The position numbers and the translations under genes were made by a program. Below, piece after piece: positions 24,601-36,446 of a stretch of DNA of 64,000 bases (position 1 is the first letter of the stretch; every line of letters starts with the position of its first letter). Source of the stretch: Lingula anatina (taxonomy: Eukaryota > Animalia > Brachiopoda); NCBI GenBank assembly GCA_051362555.1, contig CM120640.1:19034001-19098000 (forward strand). The letters run 5' to 3'. The notes beneath the pieces are model-generated. The model did not search any database. It had not been told where the DNA came from and saw only the letters and a list, made by a program, of their open reading frames with translations.

Positions 24601-27600
24601 AAGCTACCCCATGCTAATATCCCAAAGGCAAAAAGAAATAAAGGATCTTAACAATCTTCTTCTTCTTCATGTGCTATCACCCATGCAATGTTTGACAAAT
24701 GTTGATATTTTGCCAAAGGTTTCTGTTTCTCGCCATAGAACAAAGGTGTCTTGTTGACAATTCAAAATTGTCAAGGAAGGTCTTTCATTGTCTGCCTCGG
24801 CACTTGCCAGGTATTCTACCACTAAGGCCGAGTTTCTTCAATTCCTCTTCTGATGGAATAGCCCAAGTTGTAGCCATATCATGCAAAAGAGTTGACCAGA
24901 CACAGGAGAGTGCATTTTTTGTATGACCAATCCTTCTTCAGATGTGTCTTGCAACAGGCGTTGCCCAGCGGGCACTCAACGTTGATTCAACATTGAGGAT
25001 AGGTTGAGATGATATTGATCCATCAATATTGATAAATCAACAAGATTTCAACATTGAATCAACCTTTTCTTGTCAACCAATTGTCAATGTTGATAGATCA
25101 ACAGGGTCTCAACATTGATTTTACCTTTCTTTGTCAATCAGTTTTCAATGTTGATAGATCAACAGGATTTCAACATTGAATCAACCTTTTCTTGTCAACC
25201 AATTGTCAATGTTGATAGATCAACAGGGTCTCAAAGATTGATTTTACCTTTCTTTGTCAATCAGTTTTCAATGTTGATAGATCAACAGGATTTCAACATT
25301 GAATCAACCTTTTCTTGTCAACCAATTGTCAATGTTGATAGATCAACAGGGTCTCAACATTGATTTTACCTTTCTTTGTCAATAAGTTTTCAATGTTGAT
25401 AGATCAACAGGATTTCAACATTGAATCAACCTTTTCTTGTCAACCAATTGTCAATGTTGATCTCTCAAAGGGTCTCAAAGATTGATTTTACCTTTCTTTG
25501 TCAATCAGTTTTCAATGTTGATAGATCAACAGGATTTCAACATTGAATCAACCTGTGTTTGTAAACCCTTTGTCAATGTTGACATATCAACTATATCTCA
25601 ACATTGGGCCAACCTTAACTTTATAACCTTAATCATAACCTTGATAATAGTTTTAAATGATTATCTCACTAGAGAGGTATGCATAGGGGTAATTACCCCT
25701 CATGAAGTGCTTGTTTTACCCCTTTTTCATTAAAATTAATTTTGTGAAAAAAGCGGTAGTCAGTTTTTTTTTTTTTAACTTTCCACAGGTTATCTTTAAG
25801 AAAAAGAAAAAAACATAGGGTCACCAGCCTTACTTTATGGCAAATTGACAAAATTTTACTCAAGGTTGAAGAAAAAGCTTGAAAAAGCCAAAAATGCCTG
25901 TTTTTCTGGAAATTTAAGTTAGCTGTGAGAAAAAAATTAGACTGGTGACCCTTTGTTTTTGTATTCTTTAAATTATATTAACTACCTGATGTGACGTTAT
26001 AATTATTTTAGTAAAGCTAATTTGTTGTTTAATTTTTATGAGTAATTACCGTATGTGCCTGCATACTTGTATAATGTAAATGAAGTGCGGGACTGTTATT
26101 AAGTGCGAGACTCCGGATAACATGAACTGATGCAACACGTGAGTGTGGACAGTGTGTAACACTTTTACAGTACAAAAACTGTACTTTATTAACAGTACTT
26201 TGTGAGGCCACACTATCAGGAGGATGGTTCAACAGATAAGGACATGGAAAACGGTGACATTGCGTCTTCAAAACCCCACACTATCAGGAGGAACGTTTAA
26301 CAGAGAAGGACTCGTAAAACTGTGACATTGCGTCTTCAAAACTTAACTGTCTACGAATCTGTTAGAATTTAACTGTATTTGACAAATGTTAAAGTTTATG
26401 CAACATGATAGTATTACATGTAGTTAGTGTATGTTCATTGTTTGTAATATATTATATTCATAGTTAAGTTAGTTGTTGTTTGTGTTTTTTTATGTTCGGG
26501 CCGTTTTGGTCCGTTACACTGAGCATCAAACTGGTCCCGGTGTAACATGAAAATCTGACTCCCATGAAAAAGTGACTCCCCAGTCAGATTTTCATTATGA
26601 AAATGTGACTCCCCAGTCAGATTTTCATAATGAAAATGTGACTCCCCCCATGAAAATTTGACTCCCCCTCCACAAAACTTCATAAAACTTACTTTATTTT
26701 GAGTATATGACTGTGATCTTGTAGAATGTAAAATGGAGGATACATTGGCACATTTTTTGTAGTTTGCAGTGAAAATTTTAATGAAAAAATAAGAAAATTA
26801 AAAATGAGCACATAATGAAAATCTGACTCCCCCATGAAAATTTGACTCCCCCATCATAAAACTTCATAAATCTTATTTTATTTTGGGTATATGCCTGTGA
26901 TCTTGTAGTAAGTAAAATAGTTGATACATTGGCACATTTTTTGTAGTTTGCAGTGAAAATTTAATGAAAAAATAAGAAAATTAAAAATGTGCACATAATG
27001 AAAATCTGACTCCCCCTCCACAAAACTTCATAAATCTTATCTTATTTTGAGTATATGACTGTGATCTTGTAGTATGTAAAAAGGAGGATAGATTGGCATA
27101 TTTTTTTGTAGTTTGCAGGTGAAAAATTATGTGAAAAAGTAAGAAAATTAAAAATGAGCAAATAACGAAAATCTGACTCCCCCATGAAAATTTGACTGCC
27201 CCTCCACAAAACTTCATAAATCTTATTTTATTTTGAGTATGTGACTGTGATCTTGCAGTATGTGAAATGGAGGATACATTGGCACTGTTTTGTAATTTGC
27301 AGGTGAAAATTTTTATGAAAAAATAAGAAAATTAAAAATGTCCACTTAATCGCCTGTTGTCTCCCCTATGAAAAAGTTATTTAATATTTGATGATCATTT
27401 CAACACCTTTTCTTTTAGGATACTTTATGAAAAATATATTGGAAATATTTAAAGGTTTGATGATAAAATAGTGAAAGCATGAAAAAGAAATCATGAAAAT
27501 CTTTATTTTTACACCCATGAGATTTGGACTCCCATGGAGAAAAGGACCTATTTTATATTCAGTGACCATACCACTGTTTTCCACATAGTTTGCATAGAGA

Positions 27601-30600
27601 TGGATATTTTGTCATTATTTGAAAGATTGATGATGAAAATTTTGGTCAATATTTTTAAAACAAGTATCCATCTTTATTCTTGTAGGTTTTGCACTCCCAT
27701 GTCAAAACATTACATTTTTAACGCAAGAAATTGGCCCCATTGCCTTTTTATCTAATTCTTCTTATATAGCATACCCAACAAAACACTTGCTTTTGTTTTC
27801 CCATTATTTTCCCCAAAGCTGGATGAAAGATGGGGGTTAATTAAGCAAAAAGGATAATAAGTATGCATTCTTGCGCCCATAGGACTTTGACGACCCATTT
27901 TACAAATCAAATGTTTCATATTTAATATTTTTCCTTTAAGCTACGACATATGAATAAGCTACAACCAAGCATGTCACAGTCCTATCACATTTTCAATTTT
28001 CTTATTTTTTCATTAAAATTTTCACTGCAAACTACAAAAAATGTGCCAATGTATCATCCATTTTCCATACTACAGGATCACAGTCATATACTCAAAATAA
28101 AATAAGATTTATGAAGTTTTGTGGAGGGGGAGTCATATTTTCATGGGGGAGTCAGATTTTCATTATGTGCACATTTTTAATTTTCTCATTTTTTCATTAA
28201 AATTTTCACTGCAAACTACAAAAAATGTGCCAATTATCAACCATTTTACATGCTACAGGATCATAGTCATATACTCAAAATAAAATAAGATTTATGAAGT
28301 TTTGTGGTGGGGGAGTCAAATTTTCATGGGGGAGTCAGATTTTCATTATGTGCACATTTTTAATTTTCTCATTTTTTCATTAAAATTTTCACTGCAAACT
28401 ACAAAAATGTGCCAATGTATCAACCATTTTACATAATACAAGATCACAGTCATATACTCAAAATAAAATAAGATTAATGAAGTTTTGTGGAGGGGGAGTC
28501 AAATTTTCATGGGGTGGTCAGATTTTCATTATGTGCTTATTTTTAATTTTCTCATTTTTTTCATTAAAATTTTCACTGCAAACTACAAAAAATGTGCCAA
28601 TGTATCAACCATTTTACATGCTACAAGATCACAGTCATATACTAAATTAATTAGAGATTAATGAAGATTTTTTTGTAGGGGAGTCAAATTTTCATAGGGG
28701 AACCACATTTTCATTATGTGCACATTTTTAATTTTTCTTTTTTTTATGAAAATTTTCACCTGCAAACTACAAAAAAGTTCCAATGTATCATCCATTATGC
28801 ATACTACAAAGTCATAGTCATTTACTCAAATAAAATGAGATTAATGAATGTTTTTTTGGGGGGGAGTCAAAATTTCATAGGGGGAGTCACATTTTCATAA
28901 TGAAAATCTGACTGGGGAGTCACATTTTAGGGGAGTCAGATTTTCATGGTACACCGGTCCCGGGGTCTGGACCCCCCCCCCCCCTTTTCTTCCGAAATTA
29001 CCTTTTTTTTGTAGGTAATTTTCCTAATTTCCCCCCCTTTTTCAGATCTGAGTCTTTTTATTTCAAGAAATGCTTGATCATGGAGAACACATTCAGCCAT
29101 CAGGCAAATTTCAATCAAATATCCTGATAGCCTAATTGATATATCAACTTTAATTCGATTTTCAAATTCAACTTTATTTCAACATTGATTCAACATTGAG
29201 GTATCAATGTTGATTCAACATTGATACCTCAAGGTTGTTTCAACCTTGATGGTTCAAGGTTGATTCAACCTTGATGGTTCAATGTTGAGTCAACTTTCAT
29301 AGTCAACGTCATATCAACATAGTTTCAACGTTGACCGTCAACGTTGATTCAACATTGATACGTCAAGGTTGATTCAACCTTTATGGTTCAACGTTGAGTC
29401 AACTTTCATAGTCAACGTCATATCAACATAGTTTCAACGTTGACCGTCAACGTTGATTCAACATTGATACGTCAAGGTTGATTCAACCTTGATGGTTCAA
29501 GGTTGAGTCAACTTTCATAGTCAACGTCATATCAACATAGTTTCAACGTTGACCGTCAACGTTGATTCAACATTGATACGTCAAGGTTGATTCAACCTTG
29601 ATGGTTCAAGGTTGAGTCAACTTTCATAGTCAACGTCATATCAACATAGTTTCAACGTTGACCGTCAACGTTGATTCAACATTGATACGTCAAGGTTGAT
29701 TCAACCTTTATGGTTCAACGTTGAGTCAACTTTCATAGTCAACGTCATATCAACATAGTTTCAACGTTGACCGTCAACGTTGATTCAACATTGATACGTC
29801 AAGGTTGATTCAACCTTTATGCTTCAACGTTGAGTCAACTTTCATAGTCAACGTCATATCAACATAGTTTCAACGTTGACCGTCAACGTTGATTCAACAT
29901 TGATACGTCAAGGTTGATTCAACCTTTATGCTTCAACGTTGAGTCAACTTTCATAGTCAACGTCATATCAACATAGTTTCAATGTTGACCATCAACGTTG
30001 ATTCAACATTGATTCAATGTTGATTTGCCCGCTGGGTGGAAGTCACTAGGGTCCATAGATACTTGAATGAAGAGACCTAGACAATGGGAGTGTTCCCATA
30101 TAGCAATATGCAAAGTAGGGCAACCTCTGACTTTGAAACCACCATGGTGTTTGTTCTCTTGCTGTTGACAAGTACGTAGTCCAAGATGTTCACTGGAGGC
30201 AACAGTAGCGTCAAAAAGATTTTGGAGACCCTAACTCTAATAAGTTAGAACTGTATCCTTGGCATAGCAAAGATTGTTTATCTGGACACCATTGACCATG
30301 ACTCATTCTGGATGATCCTCGAGATCTCTCAGGATCATTTTGGAGTATAAGTTTAAAAGATCTTGGGATATGATATAACCCTAGCGCACTCCTCTTTTGT
30401 TGGGAAACTAGCTGGTCATGCCTTCAGGAAGGCGGACAATCTAAGCCAGGATAAAAACATTGTAATCATTCCAACAGATCAAGGAAAATGTATAGATCTA
30501 TCAAACAAATCAGACTATCACAGTAAGGGAAACAATCTCCTTACTGATAGTAAAACATAAAATCCACTAGGCTACGTACAATCCCACCAATAAATACATA

Positions 30601-33600
30601 CAACAAATGACAAAATTTAAGCCAGTAAACTTAATAAGGAGAAATTCATAACCTTCGAAGTGAAGAGGAAATTGGACTCAGACTAGGAACCAACAGTACC
30701 AGCTTTCTTTGGAATCCCTAAAATCCATAAACCTGAGGTAATCCCCCTGAGGTCAGTTGTAAGTAATGTTAATTTAGTGACTTATAATCTGGCCAAGTAC
30801 GCCAATTCTAGATCCAATAGGAGGTAAATCACCCCACCATATCAAGAACATAAGATTTTTTCAACATAATAAAAGGGTATAAACTAAATGAATCTGAAAC
30901 TATTACCTCATATGATGTCACTGCAATGATTATGGGCAGATCCAGAGATACCTGTATTTTATGACGGTCTTCCAAATTATCTATATTGATCCATCCTCCA
31001 ATTTTGACTGTCTTCTGACAGAAAAAAATTAGACGTAAACTTTACAAAGTCTGACCCTCTTCTGGAAGACCCAGAAGACAGCTTCTGTCTGCCCCTGCTG
31101 ATCATGTATACCACCAGACCTTGCTCTCTATGCGTTGTTAGAGAATGCTTAGAGTAAGAGTCTACCCCTAGACAGCATACGGAAGTTCGTTCGCGAAAGA
31201 GCGTCAGCGGAAGATTGTTATCGATTGTTTTCAACCCTCCCTCCCCATTGAAATTTATAATTTTTTAAAATATTTTCATTTCATTTGTACATTTCAAGGG
31301 ACTTCATTAGCGGAAGATCGTCAGCGGGAGATCGTGAACGATCTGAGCGAGACAAGAAAGCAATAATGGTAATCTTTATTGCAGCTCTTAATATTGCTTC
31401 TTTTGTTCTGTTACTGAAGTCTCTACTGTTAACAATGCTATTGTGCGCCTCAGCAAAACTACCGATCGCTATCTCACACCGAGCACTGCGGTAAAGAAAC
31501 AACAGCCCGACAGTAATTGATTCTCCTGTTATCTGAATGAATGGTGATGACAATGTTGTTTAGTGTCCTAAGCTAACAGTACCGATCGTTATCTTGCACC
31601 TTGGGCTGCACACGTAGTACTCAGGTAAAGGTATGCTAGGGCAACATTGCCAACTATTAGATCTTTATGAGTGCAGAAATAGCCCGATGGCCCATTTTAA
31701 GGTGTACGAAATTCATGAAATCAAGATCGCGCAAAATTGCTCACTGGCCGAAATTCATGGTCCTTAAAAAACTCCAGACGGCCAATTTTAAGATCGTTCG
31801 AATTTAAGAGCTGTTCGAAATTCATGGCACAATACTATAACCACTTGACATGTATCTGTTGACAATTGAGTGCTCTATGGGCAGTCCCATCTCACATCTC
31901 CGCCTCTCACACGCCTCCCCACACGTTGTACCTCGACCGGTTGAATTGAGCTGAGATTTAATTACTGTGCCCCTGCAGAAACAACCCATGGGGAGGCGTG
32001 TGAGAAGAGAGGCAGAGAGACCATTACAGGATTAGCGGTCTTCCTTTCATGTAGGTCTGCCATATTTAGGTTTCTGCCTTGCTAGACCTCGGCTCTTCTT
32101 GATGTGAACGCTCTCAAAAAGTCTATCCACTAACCCTGGGAATAACTGTAACATACAAGTAACCATTCCATAAACAGTTGGACTATCTGACAAACTGAAA
32201 CACCATTTAAATCATATCGATACCCAAAATCATTCAAACCTGCAAATACACTCAGAGGAAAACTTGTAAAAGTTAAAGACAATCTCTGAAAAAAAAATTC
32301 AAAATGGGGCTATCAGTTTTTGTCACCACTGGGTGGCGCGCGTGTTTTAGTTGGGGTACTTTTGCGCATGCGCGTACTTTCTCGTGTGTTTGCAGTTTCA
32401 TTTTTAATCTGACGCTGTAAATATCGCTCTAAATAATGCCAGGATACTGTTGTGTTCCGGAATGTACATCGTCAACAGCAGGTCATTCTTTTCCGAAAGA
32501 CACAAAGCTGAGTTACCAGTGGAGAGTTGCCATCAGGAGGGTTGATTCTTCATCAAAAACACTATGGAAACCAAAGGCACATGAGAAAGTCTGTTTCCTC
32601 CACTTTCGTGAGGAAGATTACACTTCTACGTAAGTTGTAGGCCTACTTGCTGTTGTCTCTTTTAGTATTAATAATGAGTTTGTCAACTTATTCATTAGGT
32701 CTTTGTTATCGATGTTTAAATAATTGTGTCGTTTAACGTGCTTAGAATGTTAATTTTTAAGACATTCTTCACCTAACATTATGTAGCGATTTGGGGGAGA
32801 AAACACTCTACCGACTAAGCTACCGAGCCCGGGTCAACCCCGACCAGCCACTACAATTATTTCTTCGTTTTTATGTGATAATACATAAGGTTTTTTAAAG
32901 GCCACGTTTTCAAATTAGGACAACTTGATTTTTATTGTATTAATAATCGTTACGTGCACTCCTTTTGCAGATGAGAGAAAAAGACTGAAGCCAGGAACGA
33001 TAGGCCTACCATCCATATTTCCATTTAATAATTCGCAAAGTATCAGATCCGATGAAGTGGAGGTAAATATAACACATGATATAATAACAGATTTATAAAT
33101 AAAATGTTTCTTTTTATTTGTATAATTATCTTTCTTAATACTAAAAATACTAGAGACGGACTAAAGGGGACAAGAGGCAGTCAGATCTGCGTCATTTCTG
33201 TCATCTACACAGATTTTATGTGTTAATTAACAATGTATTTTTCTTTGTGTAATTTATTTACTTATGTATTTATTTTTTGTTGTATCCTATATAGGATGAG
33301 TCTCAAGCAGATGAAGCAGTGGCAGACAAACATGAAGACTGCACTGGTGAGAGCCAAAAAGAAAGTACAGCTTCCTAGTGTGATATCACTACACCATCAG
33401 ACACAAGAGAAAGCATCATGCTGTACCAGAAAAATGCAAAGGCTGTCCAGTATCAAACTGGATTTAGTCATATTGAACATTTCATGTTGTTTTTCAATGG
33501 CCTTGGGCCAGCAGCTCACCACTTGAATTTCAAATGTTTGTCACCAGGGCCAATGTTTTTTGATCATTATGAAACTGAGACAAGCCTTTGACGATTATTT

Positions 33601-36412
33601 AGCTCTCTGTTTCAAGCTATCGGTAACAACGGTGTCAGAAATAATAAGCACATGGATCAACTTTGTTTTTCCAACTCAGTGAAATGAACATTTGGCCAGA
33701 ACGTGACATTGTTGACGACTATATGTCTGTAAATTTTAAGAAATATGGAGTATTGATTTCATGGGTAAACAACAGTGACTGGCATAATTTGTCCTTGTCT
33801 TGTCTTTCGGTTGCATTCAAAATATCACCAAACCTAAAAATGATAAAATTAAATTAGTGAGATAGGTTTTTTTACTGTTTTTTTCAATTTGTATTCCAAA
33901 TGCAAAATGAAATTGTACATTCATAGGATTAAATGTTGACCTTCAAACCATGATATATCATCTCACAACTTGTATTTCTGTATTATAATGCAACTACAGG
34001 TATATATAGTAGCTCAAGCTAGGACATGATATTGATACAAGACATTTGAACAAGTAAAAAACAAGCAAACTTATTTTCGTTTGCACACCTACCTCGATGC
34101 TGTTATTCTCCATGATCTTTCTTCATGCCACACTCGACTTTTACTTTGGCCTCTAGTTCTGTTTTCAAGTTCTGACACTTCCTTCTCTGTGACCTACCAA
34201 CATCAATGCAATTATGAGGGAGTGAAAAAAACAATGATGCTAACAAAACGATGCTAACATTCTTGGCAAACACTGTTTTGATTGTCTACCTCATCTACAC
34301 TTAGTTATGTCAACTGTCATTGACATAAAACACGCATCAACCCTTGTTTCCCCTTTACAAATTTGTGTTGACACAAGGCATGTGTTAAATGTCGGACCTG
34401 GTACACGAAACTTGATTACCGAAACGAACGGTCCTTTATCGACTAGGAGTGCCTACAAAAAACATATTTTAAACATAATACCTTCACTATATTCTCGGAA
34501 TATGGAAATACGCAATGACAATATCATTATCTTGAAATATAGTAATAAATTAGGCATATTAGTAGTGCGGAACTAGCCGCCGCTTACACCTGGCTTTTGA
34601 CAGGGAGCTCACACAGAAACCCATATTTACGGGAAGATTCGAGCGCGAAACCTTCAATATTAATGATACAATTGACACATTTATAAGTAAACACACTAAC
34701 CTTTCTACCAAATCCTGTTTCTTTCCTCTAGTGGAGGCTCCTCTTTCAACTAGTGTAAGTTTTAACTTCGCCGCCGTTTGCTTCCCATACTCTAAAGCCA
34801 TTTCTACACGGACGCGAAAACGAGGCTATCTTCAATAACCACTATTACCCCAGCGCCCTCTTTAGGACAAACGGCTCCGCGTATAGCCCCATTGTGTATG
34901 GTGCTGTATGTGGTGCTACGTACAGACTGATCAGAAACATAACAAGTTTTAACAGAATGAGTTACACAACCAAAGAAGACCCAGTAGAAATTAACTGCAA
35001 AACTTCTCAATTTACGACACACCAAAACCACTGGTCACACGATAGATGACATCTCTTGACTTAACCATTCTTGATCAGGAGGCAAACTGAAGCAAATGTG
35101 CCATCAATTTAGAAGCTATTTGGGAACAGGTTGAAAATCCAAAACTGAACAAGAAAGAGGGCCTCAGGTTTAAACTCTTGTACATTTGGAAAGGGGCACT
35201 GGAGACTTACAATTCCTAGTCCTTTGACAAAAGATCAGGTGACCAGTCCATCCAGGTCATTTACCTTGTTAAAGATCTCAAGTTGAGCCTGCAACGTCGG
35301 TCGGTTGCTAATTCAAGTTCCAGTAAAAGAGTTATACATAGTTCTTATTCTAGCCGAATTATAATAAAAAATGGAAAGAAATGGTTAAAGTCACCTGACT
35401 TGGGTACATTCACGTACTGCAGCATTTCATTCTCATGTTGTACAACTGTAGACAACACCTCTGTATCTAAGTTAGCACACAATTTCAGAATGTGTTCTAT
35501 TGCTGTTTCATTATTATTAGCCTTCCCAACACCCAAAGAGGCTGTAAGCCCAACAACCTATCAAATCATAATATTATTTCAATTACAATTTAAAAATTAC
35601 TCTGTAACATACACTGTAACGTCCACAAGTTTGTTTAGTAGAACTCTATTAATAGTAAATATAATCTCATATATGTATGATTCATCTTCTCTAGCCATTT
35701 TGTCTATCAATTGAAAAACGTGATTGGCATACATTATCTTCAAATTAATTGGCAAAAATATTTGACAAAATCATAAAAATAGTTGTTGACTAAAATTTAC
35801 CTGTGGCAACCTTTCCTGGATTGCTGAAGGGTGCCAGTCAGCATCTGGTGGGCCTAGTTTCTGGTCAATGTAGAAGGCCATAATATTGTTGTATGGATGA
35901 CCTTTCTTGGTATGGTGACATTCATCGTATATCATGAGAGAAAAATCATGAATCTTTAATAAATTATCTCTCAACTGATCAAGCAGAATCTGTGCTGTTA
36001 AAACAATAACGTCATTCTTTGGCAGAAGCTCACTCAAGGGTACTTTTGTATCTACATTTCCACTCAAACCAATGGTGCGGTAGCCAGTGAGGTTTTTCTT
36101 GAACACTTCTAACTGCTGTTGCATAAGTTCCACTTGGTTGACAAGAAATACAACTTTTCTCTGTCCTCTGTCTGCTTTATCTAGATGTTCCTGTATTTTG
36201 AAGAAAAAAATATAAAGAACATCAATAACATTCATGATTCAAGTGCATTATGTGAAACATGATTTGGCCACCACAAGCTTCCAAAGGGCCTTGGTAAAAT
36301 TGTCCACAACTGGATCCATGCCACAAAAAGTTTTAATACGGTCCATGGATGTTAGTATTTAAAGTTAAATTTAAAAATGAAGAAATATTTTTTTTTGTAT
36401 CATCTTTGACAT

Positions 36413-36446
<34 letters not shown>

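Larger units (their letters stand above)
24964..30036. mobile_element. Non-autonomous CACTA/EnSpm-like element with subterminal tandem arrays
   Basis: TIR CCCAGCGGGCA / TGCCCGCTGGG and a 2-bp TG target duplication. Both arms are built from TCAACGTTGA-type palindromes. Confidence 0.75.
24655..30360 (-). mobile_element. 3' fragment of an RTE-type LINE (24655-24963 plus 30037-~30360), split by the CACTA-like element
   Basis: Minus-strand remnants [13 protein letters not shown]...VSSFKYL (30060-30170), RRIGHTKNA (24910-24940), [17 protein letters not shown] (24770-24820), and a (GAA)n tail at 24655-24668. Confidence 0.6.
32306..34890 (+). mobile_element. Internally deleted ISL2EU (PIF/Harbinger-related) DNA transposon
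   Basis: AT|GGGGCTAT ... ATAGCCCC|AT (TIR plus AT TSD). Plus-strand spliced THAP-domain transposase remnant. Convergent minus-strand ORF starting with a SAP motif. This two-gene layout is characteristic of ISL2EU. Confidence 0.8.
24402..35352 (+). mobile_element. Degenerate Penelope-like retroelement (RT plus GIY-YIG) with inverted pseudo-LTRs (24402-24546 / 35212-35352), fragmented by nested insertions
   Basis: The ~140-bp ends are imperfect reverse complements (core GGTAAGTGACCTGGATGGACTGGTCACCTGA). Protein remnants: [14 protein letters not shown]...KSDY (30445-30530), [18 protein letters not shown]...TYNLAKY (30705-30800), ITSYDVT (~30905), MGSPIS (~31880), [16 protein letters not shown] (32233-32280), ILDQEAN...EAIW...PKLNK (35067-35160). 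These are typical Penelope RT/GIY-YIG motifs. Confidence 0.8.

Noticed and set aside
25020-30025. Regular palindrome-rich arrays (122-bp, 180-bp, 109-bp units) resembling CRISPR or coding repeats, including ORFs 25115-25363 and 25482-25733
   Set aside because: The units are wholly repeated with no unique spacers, lie within TIR/TSD-bounded elements in a eukaryotic intron, and unit lengths do not preserve frame
32436-32633. Host THAP-domain gene nested in the RLR-B intron
   Set aside because: It lies inside ISL2EU termini, downstream exons are frameshifted, and the catalytic domain is deleted
35255-35305. Hammerhead ribozyme in the Penelope pseudo-LTR
   Set aside because: The position and a short CTCAA/TTGAG stem are suggestive, but the catalytic CUGANGA and GAAA boxes are not present (CTTGTTAA..., GCAAC)
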